The notes beneath the pieces are model-generated. The model saw only the letters and a program-made list of their open reading frames with translations. It was not told where the DNA came from and did no database searches. Below are positions 1 to 13,262 of a DNA stretch of 64,000 nt, piece after piece. The DNA comes from Octopus vulgaris (Eukaryota): the NCBI GenBank assembly GCA_951406725.2, contig OX597820.1:28830001-28894000 (forward strand). The letters are read 5' to 3'. The stretch's first letter is position 1. The number at the start of each line of letters is the position of its first letter. The position numbers and the translations under genes were made by a program.

Positions 1-50
1 CCGGAACCATGTGGTTGGTAAACAAGCTACTTACCACACAGCCACTCCTA
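1..50 (-). mobile_element. 5' tRNA-like head of SINE family A (cut by window edge)
   Basis: Reverse complement TAGGAGTGGCTGTGTGGTAAGTAGCTTGTTTACCAACCACATGGTTCCGG matches the heads of the copies at 38302 and 56680. Confidence 0.75.
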
Positions 51-61
51 AATTACTACTA

Positions 62-410
62 CTACGGTACTACGTCGGTTACGACGCCGAAGGTTCCAGT
101 TGGTCCAATCAACGGAGCATCTTGCTCGTGAAATTAACGTGCATTCCACAGACACGTGTTCTCGAGGAGATCCAGTGTGATGCAGAGTGTGACAAGGCTG
201 GTCCTTTGAAATACAGGTACAACGGAAAGAGGAAAAAGAGTGAAAGTTGTGGGGAAAGAGTACACCACAGTTCGCCACCACCCTCTGCCGGAGCTTCGTG
301 GAGCTTTAAGTGTTTTCGCTCATTAGACACTCACAAAACCCGATCTGGAAATCGAAACCGCGATTCTATGACCGCGAGTTCACTGCTCGAACAACTGGGC
401 CATTGCGCAT
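62..410 (-). mobile_element. tRNA-derived SINE, family C
   Basis: Minus-strand head GCGCAATGGCCCAGT...GGTTTCGATTTCC has A-box and B-box-like motifs; homologous to 13621, 40073, 49940 and 60700. Confidence 0.75.
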
Positions 411-556
411 CCGCATATATAAAAATACCCACATATGTATATGCTTGTGTGTATGTAAGTATGTGTGTATGTAAGTATGTGTGTGTGTATGTATGTATGT
501 ATGTATGTATGTATGGATGGATGGATGGATGGATGGATGGATGGATGGATGTATAT

Positions 557-860
557 GTGCAGATTTGTATGCTTTGTTTTATGTATGTATTCCCATGCAT
601 ATACTTGCACATCTAGATGTGCGCATATATACTTAAATAATAAAATTCAAGAAAGTTTTACAGATTTTTACAGTTCCAGTGATAGATTGGTTTTGTAGTC
701 TTCGAATCAGCCTTCACCTTTCTGGCTTTGAAAAGCCTAATTTTTCAAGATTGGTATTTAGGCTGTGTGTTATATATCCCATTTCCCCAATAATTACAGG
801 TATAAATTTGAACTTGTAGTCTGAATAGAGTAACTACAGATTTCTCAATAGTTCAGCGTA
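557..860 (-). mobile_element. 3' fragment of R4/Dong-like (RLE) non-LTR retrotransposon
   Basis: Clearly homologous to 30770-31070; encodes the C-terminal YAELLRNL..LY.DYKFKFIPVIIG..GY segment of the restriction-like endonuclease region; flanked by (CATA)n. Confidence 0.7.
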
Positions 861-2593
861 TATAAGTATGCATGTATGTATGTATGTATGTATGTATGTA
901 TGTATGTATGTATGTATATGCATATGTTTATATCACAGTGTAAGTGTTTAACATAAAGGAAATAAATAAGATGGCTTCTCTTACATACTTATCGGAATGC
1001 AAACACATGAATGTATAGTATAATAAATTGACGCGTATTCATCTTACTGTCGGTAAGAATATAGATTTGTTTGTATCCATCTCAATATATCACCATTTCT
1101 TCTCCGCATCATATTTTAAGGATGGAGCCCTGCTAATGTATCTATAAATATACAAACGTCATGCCATTATGTAGATACGGTACATCTGCACTATAACCAT
1201 TTATTGCATTGTCAGATTGGGTTTTTGTTGGGTTTTTTTGGTGGTAGGCTTTCCTATTCATCTTAGTCCTTTCCAATATTATATGAATTAACACGTAAAA
1301 TATTTTTCTCGTGGTATTTTTATGGGTTTGTGCAGCTCTGCTCTTTCCCTATATTCGTCGTTTTGAAAATTTGGAAAATAAATTTTCGTCTTTTCCGACA
1401 TATGGCGATTGAGTGTGCCAAGCAGAACAAAACGAACACATTTATCTGACAACCCAATACTACCACCTTCATATATCTGTTGACTTTGTAACTGTATAGG
1501 TAATCACATTTTCACAATAGTTTTCATTTAAAAAATTTAACCAGGTGTCATCTTCAAGCAAAAGACGTTATATACGAAATTAATCGATATTAATTGCTAG
1601 AATTGAATTTCAGAAACGAGTTAATATCTTTCGAATGAAAATAATTACCACATAATTCAGTTATACTTTTGAATAAGCAAAAGCCTATTCTTTCTATTAT
1701 ATGAATTTCACTTTGGTTTAGCTGTTAAAATCTAATCAAAAATCTATAATTAATTGCCTTTCACACGTCTTTTATTTCCATTTTGTTCATTTCGATTTCA
1801 ATGAATTCGTTTGACAGTAGATCTAACTAAATGCATAGCAACCTGTAAGAGATACGTTTAGGATGAGATCAAAGCCTTGAGCAAAACTTCTTGAATGCAG
1901 AAACGAATATAAGACTTCGTTACATGATACCACCAATTTAATGATACTGATGATATTAAATCCGATAAAATTCTTAGATCCTTATCGTAGCTATCCATGG
2001 AAACGTTTGCAGTTCATTAGATACTAATTCAACTTTCAGTCCGCCATTGTATAGCTCAGATTTCTCGCAACTTTCATCTACTTTCAGATGTAAATCTCGA
2101 CGAGTAAAATAATCCATGAAAGTGGTTGTATTAACGTTAAGTTCTGGAATGTTCTGTGTGATTATATAGAGGGAAATTTGTAATATAATATATTAGGTTA
2201 TAATACGAAAGCTACATGTTTGCTATCATGTAAAATTATATCCAGTTCAATGCAAAGCGAAGTCAACGGCCTCAGTGCATGTGTCACTCTTTCTCCTGTG
2301 TAACTTTACTTACGAAAGTTCTTTTAGGTGCAAGCGTCGTCGTCCTCTGCATAATCTATTCGCTTTACAACGTCGTGAATCTGGGCTCGGTGCCGCTAAG
2401 CATCAACATGGAACGTGGTCCTGGAATACATTCGAATTGAACAATGCATTTCCAGAGGAATTTCGAAGAAGGAAACTATGCGGAAGTTCCTGGTATATGT
2501 ATATAGGGAGAATTCACAAAAAACAAAAGACGAAGACAGGTGGTGTAGACAACAAACAGATGTATTAGTTTAACGCTCGGGAAGTGAAGAAGT

Positions 2594-2629
2594 CTTTAAC
2601 GTTTCGAGCCTACGCTCTTCCACAGAAAG
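2594..2629 (-). ncRNA. Minimal type I hammerhead-ribozyme-like motif (core variant) in the PLE terminal repeat
   Basis: Minus strand CTTT-CTGTGGA-A-GAGC-GTAG-GCTC-GAA-ACGT-T-AAAG: stem I CTTT/AAAG, stem II GAGC/GCTC, palindromic ACGT stem III; PLEs are known to carry minimal HHRs. Confidence 0.6.
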
Positions 2630-3224
2630 GAACGCATAAAGAAACAAGTACAGAAAATAAAGAATGTGTAGTGGTTAGCGATCTATCATGGCGAATACCG
2701 GACAGAGAGGTCACAAAGGAGAGCTAGGAAGAAGGGGAGATAATAAAGTAGTGGTGATTCCAAAACGAAGTTGCGCGTGCGTGTGTATAAGAGAGTATGG
2801 ATGTGCATGTGGAAGAAGGCTGCTGACCATGACGTGTGCGTGTGTGGATGTGGGGCTGGGAAGTGGTCACTTCTAGTGTGTGCGTAGTGGTGTGATGTGA
2901 TGTGATGTGGTGTTCTGTGGTAGGGAGGTGTGGTGTGATGATATTGGGAAGTGGGGGAGGCAATTGTGGAGTGTGGCTAGGTTAGGCTGAGGGTAGGGGT
3001 AGAGGTGGGGTATGTGGGAGTAGGTGTAAGGGATGGGGTGTTGTGGGACGGATATGGAAGTTGGAGTTGGATTGTGTAGGGGTGGGATGGGGTTATGAGA
3101 GAGTGGGACGATGAAGGGGGAAGGGAGAAGGTGGGTTGGAGTGAAGAGAAGAAGTAGGAGTCGAAGCAAGAGAGAAGTGTGTGGAAGGAGTATGTGTAAG
3201 GGAGAGAGAGGCGAGGGAAGGAGG

Positions 3225-4710
3225 TTAGATAAAGAGGGGAGGAGAGTTGAGCGCATGCGACGCAAATGAGCGATGTGAGAAGGTTAATTCCTGTTCACGG
3301 CGCAAACGGGAGTCCGGATGTCTCCTGTGCAAGGAGAATCCGAACACAGATAGATGTTGCAAAGAGTGACCGGTAGAGCGGAAATGGCACGAGACCGGGG
3401 TGTCATTGCCGAGTCGGACGTCTCGGAGCTCTTCCGCGAACCGGTCATTCAAGCGGCGTCCCGTTTGCCCGATGTATAGAGAAGGGCAGAGAGAGTAGGA
3501 TATGCAGTAGATGACATTGGTAAAAGTGCAGGTGAAGGAGTCGGTGATGTGATAGCGTCGATGATGGGTGCTAGTGAGGAGGGTAGTGTTGGAGAGGTAA
3601 GGGCAAGTGCTGCAGCGTGGGCGGGAGCGGCGGTACGAGCCAGGTTGGGAGGTTGGGTGTGGGAAGAAGCTGTGGCAAGGGCGGTGTGGATAGTGGCGAG
3701 GGGATATCCATGTAGGATGAAGTGGCGAGCCATGAGTGACGACCAAAGTCATGGTCATCACTACAGAGCCTACGTAGGCGGAGGAATTGGGAATAGGGGA
3801 TGAAAAGCTTTGTGTGCTTAGGGTGGGAGGAGCAGAATTTGTGGTATGAGTATGAGTCTGTGTGTTTGTAGTTGATGGAGGTGGTGAGAGTGGAGAGTGG
3901 ATGAATGTTGACCGAAATGTCAAGAAAGGAGACAGAGGTGTCAGAGATAGTGCAGGAGAAGCGGAAGGCAGGCTGGAAAGATTTGACAAAAGATAGGAAG
4001 GAGTCTAGATGTTCGCGGAAGAGTGACGTCGCACCGATACAGTCGACAATATAACGGCTGTATAGTTCGGGAGTGGGAACAGTGAAACTTGAGAATATTT
4101 GGGCTTCAACGTAGCCAACGAACAAGTTTGCATAGTTGGGGCCCATTCTCCTTCCCATGGCCACTCCCGAGAATTGCTAGTAAAAATCACCAGCAAACGA
4201 GAAGCAGTTGAGTGAGAAGACAAGTTCGGCGAGACGAACGAATGTGGATGTGTCGGTTTGGGGGTTCGGTCGAAGGTCAAGGAAATGTTGGAGTGCATGC
4301 AGCCCCTCGTGGTGAGGGATCACCGTGTAAAGGCTCTGGATGTCGAGAGTGAAGAAAAGTTTAGAGGGACCAAGAGGAAAGGAGAAAGAGTTGAACAAAC
4401 GAAGTGCGTGGTTGGTGTTGTGGATGTGAGAGGGGAGGGAAGCCACTAGGAGGCAAGGACATGGTCAAGGTATCTGGAGATGAGTTCGGTGGGGCAATTG
4501 TACGCGGAGACGTTGGGCCGGCCAGGGTCGTTAGGGTTGTGGATTTTGGGGAGGAAGTAAATAGTGGGGGTGCGAGGGGTGCGGTGGGGGCAGACGAGAA
4601 GACGAAATGAGGTCATTAATAGTGGAGAACACAGTTTATTGGTAGCTAGATGTGGGGTCAGAAAGCAGAGCAATTCCTCTCTTTACACTGTATGGATGGT
4701 GGGAACTGAA
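3225..4710 (-). pseudogene. PLE reverse transcriptase plus GIY-YIG endonuclease pseudogene
   Basis: ORFs 4446-4673, 4177-4446, 3571-4164 and the distal part of 3225-3989 join into one PLE polyprotein broken by stops and frameshifts. Confidence 0.88.
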
Positions 4711-4721
4711 GTTAAGGTATC

Positions 4722-4832
4722 GTCCAGTGGTACACGGATGCCCTGAATCCATACTTGGTGCATGTTATTAATACGTCCAGGAATGCTATTTGATTGTCTT
4801 TTTCCTTTTCCATTGTGATCTGTATGGATGGC
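4722..4832 (-). mobile_element. Short RT-thumb fragment of a second Penelope family
   Basis: PSIQITMEKEKDNQIAFLDVLI...FRASVY matches the PLE consensus HPxIxFTxExE...LxFLDVxI...TxVY. Confidence 0.7.
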
Positions 4833-5640
4833 TTAAACTTGGGTCTTAAACTGAGCCCAAGTTCCATCAGATTCCACTTCTCCAATATAGCATTTGCTTG
4901 CACCTTAGAGTCCCTTAATTTCAACACATCAATATGTTTAGGGGCTTTTATTCCTTCAGATCTTCTACGCATGATGCTGAGTTTCAATTTATCGCATATG
5001 TGCATATTGCCAATCCCACATTCTGCACCATGTATGACTCGGACAGTAGAAATATCTGGAAGCTCTCGTTTTCTGGTAATAAGGTAATCAAGAATAAGCC
5101 CATGCTTAGATCTTGGGTGCGTCCAGGTAGCTGTATGGATAACCTTCTGATAAAAAACAGTTTTGCAGATGATGAGATCAAGTTCAGTGCAGAACTGAAG
5201 AAGACGGATACCTTTAGCGTTCATTTTTCTCAATCCATGTCTCCCTAGTGCATCCCAGTTTTCATAATCGCATCCCAACCGGGCCTTGAAATCGCCAAGA
5301 AGGAAGGTCTTATCTGCATTTGGAATCGAAATCATAACACATTTGAGATGTTCAAAGAAACCCAAAGAAATAATCGATTCACTGCTGTTATTAAGAGTAG
5401 GGGCATACATAGAAACAACAGTCATAGAACGATTGCATGATAGAAGAGCTCGAAGATGCACGATCCTATCACTGAAACAATTAGGTTGTTCTATTTTGTG
5501 GGTTAACTGGGTACGAATGGCAAAGCCAACACCCACTGCTCGTTTTTCACCCTTTGGTTTACCCTTCCAAAAGAAAGTGTATCCGTCACCTGTTTCTGTC
5601 AATTGAGTTTCAGAGAGTGCAGGAATGTCAACTCCTCGGT
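4833..5640 (-). mobile_element. RTE-clade LINE fragment: AP endonuclease domain
   Basis: VDIPALSET, GYTFFWKG, GVGFAI, VSMYAPT, LLGDFKARLG, GRHG..KMNAKG.RLL.FC, TWTHPRSKH..LDY; catalytic GDFN and SDH motifs mutated (GDFK, IGN). Confidence 0.88.
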
Positions 5641-5736
5641 ATATATATATAAAATATCAGTTCCCGCAAAGATGAAAGAGAATAAGCAAAAAAAAAAAAC
5701 AACCACATACAAGCAATATACACACATATAATCAAG

Positions 5737-5776
<40 letters not shown>

Positions 5777-6088
5777 GCTCAACACACCCACAGTTTACCA
5801 CACCAAACACGTACCTGGCACACACATCCGCAATTCAGCCAACTAAATACATTTATACTTATGATAATTGGATGACCGTTGACTATTAAGAGTTCTTCCG
5901 CCCTTTTACAGGTCTTGTTTTAGTCCTGAAGGATGTCCAATATTCACCTTCCTCACCAAGTGTAATTGGTGGAGGAGCCGGTTTAGTCACCGACGCCCCG
6001 AGCATGCGACAGATAGTACTGCGTTACATGGTACTAGTAGCGTAAACGACCTGACACGGTATATATAAATATATATATAAATAATATC

Positions 6089-6140
<52 letters not shown>

Positions 6141-6175
6141 GTATGTATATATAAACGCATACACACATACATAAA

Positions 6176-6211
<36 letters not shown>

Positions 6212-6534
6212 TATCTGTATGTATGTATGTATGTATGTATGTATGTATGTATGTATGTATGTATGCATGCATGTATGTATACGAGTCAATAGACAAACGA
6301 AAGAAGATCACTCAACCTTTATTGAGAGCTATATGTATACATGTGTGCATATATTATATATATATATATGTATATATATATGTATGTACGTATGTATGTA
6401 TGTATGTATGTATGGGCATACGTGCATGCGTGCATACATACATACATACATACATACATACATACATACATACATACATACATACATACATACATACATA
6501 CATACATACATAAATGTATAATATAGGAATATAG

Positions 6535-6851
6535 ATAGAGGTACGACATCGATTTCCGGAAACATTTTATGGATGATTTTTTCTGAACCAGTGCAGATCA
6601 CATTTCATTACACACATTAAATTAAATAAATATTAAATTCAGTTAATTAAATGAAATACAGTTACCTATACATTAGTACAACTTTTACAAAGTTATCAAT
6701 ACTGTACTGTGCTACGCAAGGTACTAGTTTTACAAGGTACCAGTAAACTAGTACGGTGGTTGCGGGAATTCGAAGTGCTTACTCGTAAGTTACTGTGTAG
6801 AATAAGAGGTTCTGACCCATCAGTGTCCGGAAATTCGGTGTTGCACTTGTA
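6535..6851. mobile_element. Possible old mariner-type MITE
   Basis: Imperfect terminal inverted repeat: left GTACGACATCGATTTCCGGAAAC, right reverse complement GTGCAACACCGAATTTCCGGACAC; TA near both ends. Confidence 0.35.
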
Positions 6852-9800
6852 TCACATTAGATGAACAAGATATGAAACGTATTGTTTGTTCGAAGTAGAT
6901 TCGTTTCCTCGTTTATATACTTTTGTGTCTAAAATAAAGGATAATGTTATAAGATTTCCTCGGTGCACTCACACCCATTTTCGTGTCTGTGAGATGGATT
7001 CATCATGCTACTTCCACTGACATGATCGACTATGGGAATTATTCTAACGCACTAATTCGAATTACTTACCATATCAAATTAAGCAATTCTAAATACTTAA
7101 TGAAATTTCATGCATTTTAAATTCGTGGGTTTGCTATCTGTAGTTCTACAGTGTTGCTATGCACCATAACTTAATTATTTTCTCAATGAACTACGCATAT
7201 TTAATGCATTCCTTTCTAAAGTTCTCTACAAGCTAATGAGGGGTTCTTCTTTCTGCAATCACGCGAGATATATCTGAGCTGAAAGTAGCCACTAAATCCC
7301 CCTCGTTTTTCTCCATATTCGCTTAGACGATGTTGTAATCCTAAATACACAATGTATTTTTAGTTTTAAGAATGAGGTATGGTCACTACTACAACGCCCT
7401 TCACCGTAAGTCTGTTTATTCAATCAGTGCTTACACAGGACTAAATAACAACAGTCTCTTGAATAGCAAACTTGTAACAACAGCTTGAACGTGATTTGAA
7501 GAAAGAAACTAATCTCAAATAAAGACTGAAGAGGTTGCTATTGTTACTAAACAAACCTATTTGGACACACACAGCGACGGATGCCTACCTAGTCCTAACA
7601 ATGAAATTAATTTCAACTGGCTTATATGTTTGAAGAAAAAAAACAAGAAGCATAGATGACATCTACAAATGAATTTATAGAAACTAACTCTTATTCAAAC
7701 ACAAATATAAGAAGTAAACAATACTTGTCTGGACAAACATACTTGTAAACTTTACAGCCTTGTATGCCCACAAATACGTAATAGAAAATCACCATACATA
7801 TACACATGCACACACCAATACAGACATAGGCATAAACAAATGATTTAACAATGCTTTTGTTGAAGTTCACGTAAGCTCATATATGAACTGGCAGGTACAT
7901 AAAAATAATTGCGTTCTTCGATTATGCATAAGATTATATATTTAAGGAGAAGAAAACGTAAGGGAAGATAATTAAATACTGGAATGTGTTTTGACCCATT
8001 CTCCACTAGTTCTATACTCTACTATTCTCTAAAAAAAACTGCACAGTATTGTTTCACGGATGTAGAAAACCGAGAAAAACGTCCCTTCTTTTAATGCCAG
8101 GTTCGATACTGAGCTACTACTGAAGGCTGATTTTATTTTTCGGGATACAAAGACACTTTGAGTAAGTATCGCAGGGGCGAGGAATTCAACTAAAAACCGA
8201 ATCTGAGTCACGATGGAAGCTTAAGACCCCTCTATGAGGCTCACACTAATATTTCTTCCCTGATCTCAAAGACCAGGGGAGAAATATCCTACCTTGTAAT
8301 TTGCTTCTAAAGCGATGCATTAGATGGAATGTGCCTCCCGAAAAAGGTTTTGGGAAAGGACGTGTCCAGACGTGAAAGACTGCAAAGTTTTTAACCTATC
8401 TCCAATAAAAGCTAACGTCTAGACATGATAGATAACCTATATAGCTGTAAACAGAGTTTTCAAAATATATTCTGCACCGACATTAGGGAATTTTGATAAT
8501 TCTCTAAAAGTATTTTATCTCGATAAAATAGTAGAAAACACTTTATTTATACCAAAAACTTAACAAGAATATTTCTGATAATCATTGTAAAATGTGAAAT
8601 AAATGGATTTCCGCCAATTACATCCATTCTATGGTACTCTCACACAAGATAGATATTCTTCCTTGATCAAAAAGATTAAGAAAGAAAATAGCATTTACTG
8701 CCTCGCTTCAAAAACATAAAACAAGAGTTGCCCTAAATTTGCGCCGCCTATCATGCCTGGTACTGACTCTTGTAATACTATTGCTTACCTTCGGGTTCAA
8801 TAATGTAAAATAGTTGAGAGACATTTGTCTCCCTAAGAGACATCATTGGTCCGAGTAGAGATTGATCTTAGCAACGCCAGTCACAATATAGCTCGTCAAA
8901 ATCCCCCGGAATAAATTACCGTGTAAGCATTAGCCTTGCTGTTATTTACTCGAGAATTTGAACCACGTTCAATGAACTTAGCTTTTAAGAGAGAAATGCT
9001 GTGACAATTGATACTTTCCATGACAAACTCAATATCAGAAGACTAATGCATATCTCACTAGTGGAAGGAAAATATAAGCATACTTGATATGCTTGCAACT
9101 GAATAGGACCAGCTAAAGTTATCCATAGATCAAGTAATGGTATTAACCCGGATGAAGGACCATGTGAACCACGTAAGATTTCGTACATTGTATTCGTCAA
9201 GTCTCAGCACAACCCAATTTCATTTACAGGACTTGGATCCAATGTTATTCATTGTAGACAATATGCCATGGTAATGCTTAGTGAAATCGGTCAAGGAAAT
9301 CCGTGATCGCGAAGCGATCTCCTAAGCCACACGATCATATCTTACCAAGTACAAGTAGGAAATTTAATACTTGTAGGTAATTTGATACGAACTAGTTATC
9401 TCTCAGTAAGTTAGTACGAAACTTTATCTAACACATCCCAGTGAATCATGACCTCTCGCTGGACAGATACATTCGATCGAAAACGAACATGGTAAAAAGT
9501 TAGAAGCGCTCAACAACGGTTCTATATAAAGACAACTGTCTGCTATAAATGGATGCAAATTTCGATTAGTGCACGTGTTTCTGAGGAGAATATCTATTTT
9601 AGACATTAACACAGGAAAATCACATGATTGCCTATTCCAATCGCGAGCAATGGTTTGGTGAAAACTCTTTAGACCATTTTGTCTACATTCACCAGTCTGT
9701 AATATGATTCGAGTTTATAGTTTAATTAATGTTCTTCGGTGCTTTCAGCTTTCATTTCTCTTTTAAGGAATTTGATATTCAGTGATAATATACCACATAG

Positions 9801-10036
9801 TATTATATTCCGTACACGCATACATATAGTTCTCTTTCTAACTCTTGAGCTCTCTCTCAATCTCCCTCCCACTCTGCCTCTTCTCCGACTTACCATCTCT
9901 TACTTTGATGTTATATAATATATGTATGCATCTGAGTATGTATATTGAGTCTTCTATATATGCGTGTTAGTATATAGATTTATGCATAGATTTAAATATG
10001 TATGTAAATATGCGTTGTATGTATATATACATACAT

Positions 10037-10087
<51 letters not shown>

Positions 10088-10839
10088 ATGAATAGCACAC
10101 ACTGAGAGGAATATTTATATACATGCATCCACATATGTATGCGTATATATATACATACATACATACTTACATGTGAAGTCTTATAAATGTCAGATATACA
10201 GAATTACGCATTTCTGCGCACGCGCCAGTGTGTATTTCTGCATATATATATTCGTGTGTGTGTGTGTGTGTGTGTGTGCGTTTGTGTATGCTATATATAA
10301 ATATACATATACACACACATACTTACACACACATACACACTCACAAAAACAAGCATACATACACATACACAAGCATACACACATACAAGCATAGAATGAG
10401 AAAGCGAGATAAAGTATGCATATATATATAGATATATATATATATATATATTAAGGGCATTACTATACATAAATGCCTCACGCTAGGTGGGACTCTTGAA
10501 GTCAAAACTACTTTAATAACCACATTGTAGTTTTTACTTTTAAAGGCCCTCCTAGCGTGAGGCATTTATGTATATTAATGCCCTTAATATGAATAAATAT
10601 GCGCGAATAAAGGCGGTGCTCCAGCATGGCTTTAGTCAAATGACTGAAAGAAGTAAAAGAGTACTGAGTAAAGATTAACACACATATGTGAATTTTTTGT
10701 ATAGACGCGGTACAGTTCAATGCCTAAGAAGTTCACTTCGCAGTTAGGACGTTCCGAGTTCGATCCCGTTGTGAGAAAAATTGGTGACAGAAACTATTTA
10801 TAAACCCATCCGAATGATTGTAGCTCTAATTCAAAGACC

Positions 10840-11210
10840 CAGCCGTGTCCCAATGCGTTAACGGTACACATGTCTGTGAAACTCTCAGCCATCCTGTGTC
10901 TGGCACTCGGACGAGTGTTCCAGTTGATCCGATCAACGGAATACCCAGGACGTGAAGTTAACGTGCAGGTGGCTTAGCATTCCATAGACACGCGAAGCAT
11001 TAACGTACTTCTCAAGGAGATTCAGCGTAACATAGAATGTAACAAGGCTGGCTCTTTCAAATTACAGGTATTACTCATTTTCACCATCTGAGTGGACTGG
11101 AACAACATGAAATAAAACGTCCCCAAAAATACAACGCGTCGCCAGGTTTTGAACTCACGACCATACGCTCTTGAGCCGAACACCCTAGCCATTTAGCCAC
11201 GCGCCCTCAT
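10840..11210 (-). mobile_element. Diverged tRNA-derived SINE (family B-type head)
   Basis: Minus-strand head GAGGGCGCGTGGCTAAATGG...GAGTTCAAAACC; body shares sequence with 80-220. Confidence 0.6.
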
Positions 11211-11699
11211 CTCAGCTACGTCTGTGCCAATTGAAAGAGCCTGGTTATTCATTTTAACGACCAACTGTGTAAACTGGTGGGTGGAAATTCTGACCAAGAA
11301 ACGTTTGCTCTTTTTGTTTACTGATATAAGCATATGCATATGTTCATCGGTTTGTGATCGGCTGCGGTATTTGTATAGATATTTATAAGGAAATGTTTTT
11401 AGAGAATTGCATCACTAAGTTACTAGACAACCGGTTGACTAATATATGAGTTGTGAAAGTTTGAACATACATGTGTGTGCGTGTGCGTGTGTGTCATCGA
11501 GAGTCTGTGAGTGTGTGTGTTTGTATGCCTCAGTATGAGTTTATATATGTGTATGTGTGTGTGTGGATGACGTAACTGGTAATATTGTTCTTGTTAAAAT
11601 ATAATGAATTTTTACTCTACAAAAGTATGGGGTAACCCTGCAGATTACTGAAAAATTGTTTTTATTACAACTGAATATAAAAGAAACCTTAATATATAC

Positions 11700-11771
<72 letters not shown>

Positions 11772-11808
11772 GTGTATGTATGTATGTACATATATATGTA
11801 TATATAAG

Positions 11809-11849
<41 letters not shown>

Positions 11850-12006
11850 GTATATATAAATGTATATATATATATATATGTATATATGTTTATATATATG
11901 TATGTATCTGTATATATATATGTATATGAATATCTATATATATATGTATGTATATATAATATATGTATACATATTTATGTATATATATATATATATATAT
12001 ATATGC

Positions 12007-12046
<40 letters not shown>

Positions 12047-13262
12047 ATATATACATGCATATATGTCTATACCAAGGTCTACTTTGTCGTCCTTCCGGGG
12101 TCAGTGAAATAAGTACCAGTTGAGCACTGGAGGCGATGTAATCAACTTAGCTCCTCCTCCGATATTTCTGGCCCTGTGTCAAAATTAGAAACCAATACAC
12201 ACATATATATCTATGCATGTGTGTGTATGTGGGTGCGTGTGTGCGTGTGTTTGTATATGTGTAGGTGAAGGTATACGTGTGTGGTTAAGAAGTGTGGTTC
12301 AGTCCTACAGTGCAAGCGTCTTCTACTATAGCCGCCAACCTTTGAACGCCTCGTAAGTGAATTTCGTAGATGAAAGGAAACTGTGGAAGCCCTTCGCGCG
12401 CGCGCGCGCGCGTGTGTGTGTGTGTTTGAGTACATACGATAGATATATTATTATAAATAGCTGCAATAATATTCAAGCACAGTATTGTGTGGAAACCTCA
12501 TGAAGTTTGCAGTCACAAGCCTTTGAGTTCAGTCGCACAATTTCACACATATAACTACGTTTATTCTTTTTTTTTTCCACCATAGCTTCGAGTGGGACCA
12601 ATTCTTATGAATATCGTTGATTGAATAGGGTTGTACATATAATTCAAAACCTCGGCCTTGTCACACGATGACGTACACCGATGTTGCTTAAGAACGACAT
12701 CGAGGACAAACTTATCAGTTTAATCCACTTTTACACGTTAATTTAGTGGGTAAGTCGTTCAAATGAGCAGGCGATTGAGTGCACATCGTCGAATTTGACG
12801 GAAATCCATTATCTTTAATTTTGCTATGACTCTTACTAAGTACTTGTGCATATAAACTATTTTCTTCTTCTTGTATGTTATTGACTTTATCGGGGAAAAT
12901 ACAAATATTTTTAGAGATGTCTTAAAATTCTTAATGTCAGAGCTGAAATTATTCTGGAAATTGGTTATTTACATCCGTATAGGTCGTCTATCGTGTCTAA
13001 GATGAAGAATTTATCTAAAGGAATGTCATTGACCCTTGTAGCCATATCTCCATTGAATTATACTATCTTTGTTTTAAATAATTTTGAAAATGATAAATTA
13101 GCGAAGAAAGAAAATTATGTACTAAGCTGATGTTTGTTGCATAATTTAGCGTAAAAGTTTGATGACTATTAATAATTTTGATAGTTTTAGAATAGGAATT
13201 TTGTATCTTGGGACTAGTGGCACTCTTCAGTATATTATTCCATGAGTTTAATTTACTTCTGT

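Larger units (their letters stand above)
2506..4710 (-). mobile_element. Penelope-like retroelement (PLE), 5'-truncated and decayed
   Basis: RT motifs in shifting frames: YFLPKIHNPNDPGRP, FTLDIQSLYTVIPH, GVAMGRRMGPNYANLF, SRYIVD (for RYIDD), VSFLDISV. GIY-YIG nuclease: NVIYCISYSLCPSLYIGQTGRRLNDRF...REQEL. Followed by a pyrimidine-rich 3' region and a terminal repeat ending in (TA)n. Confidence 0.92.

Noticed and set aside
2313-2490. Possible host exon (minus-strand GTAAGT donor at ~2312; plus-strand acceptor at ~2327 giving ASVVVLCIIYSLYNVV...)
   Set aside because: The frames checked are short or contain stops, there is no recognisable homology, and no partner exons were found
2870-3245. G-rich purine tract with G-quadruplex potential
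   Set aside because: It is the low-complexity 3' region of the Penelope element; no evidence for a separate function
8985-9230. Faint resemblance to a gypsy integrase C-terminus (IGPAKVIHRSSNG)
   Set aside because: Single short motif with stops and no other LTR-element features
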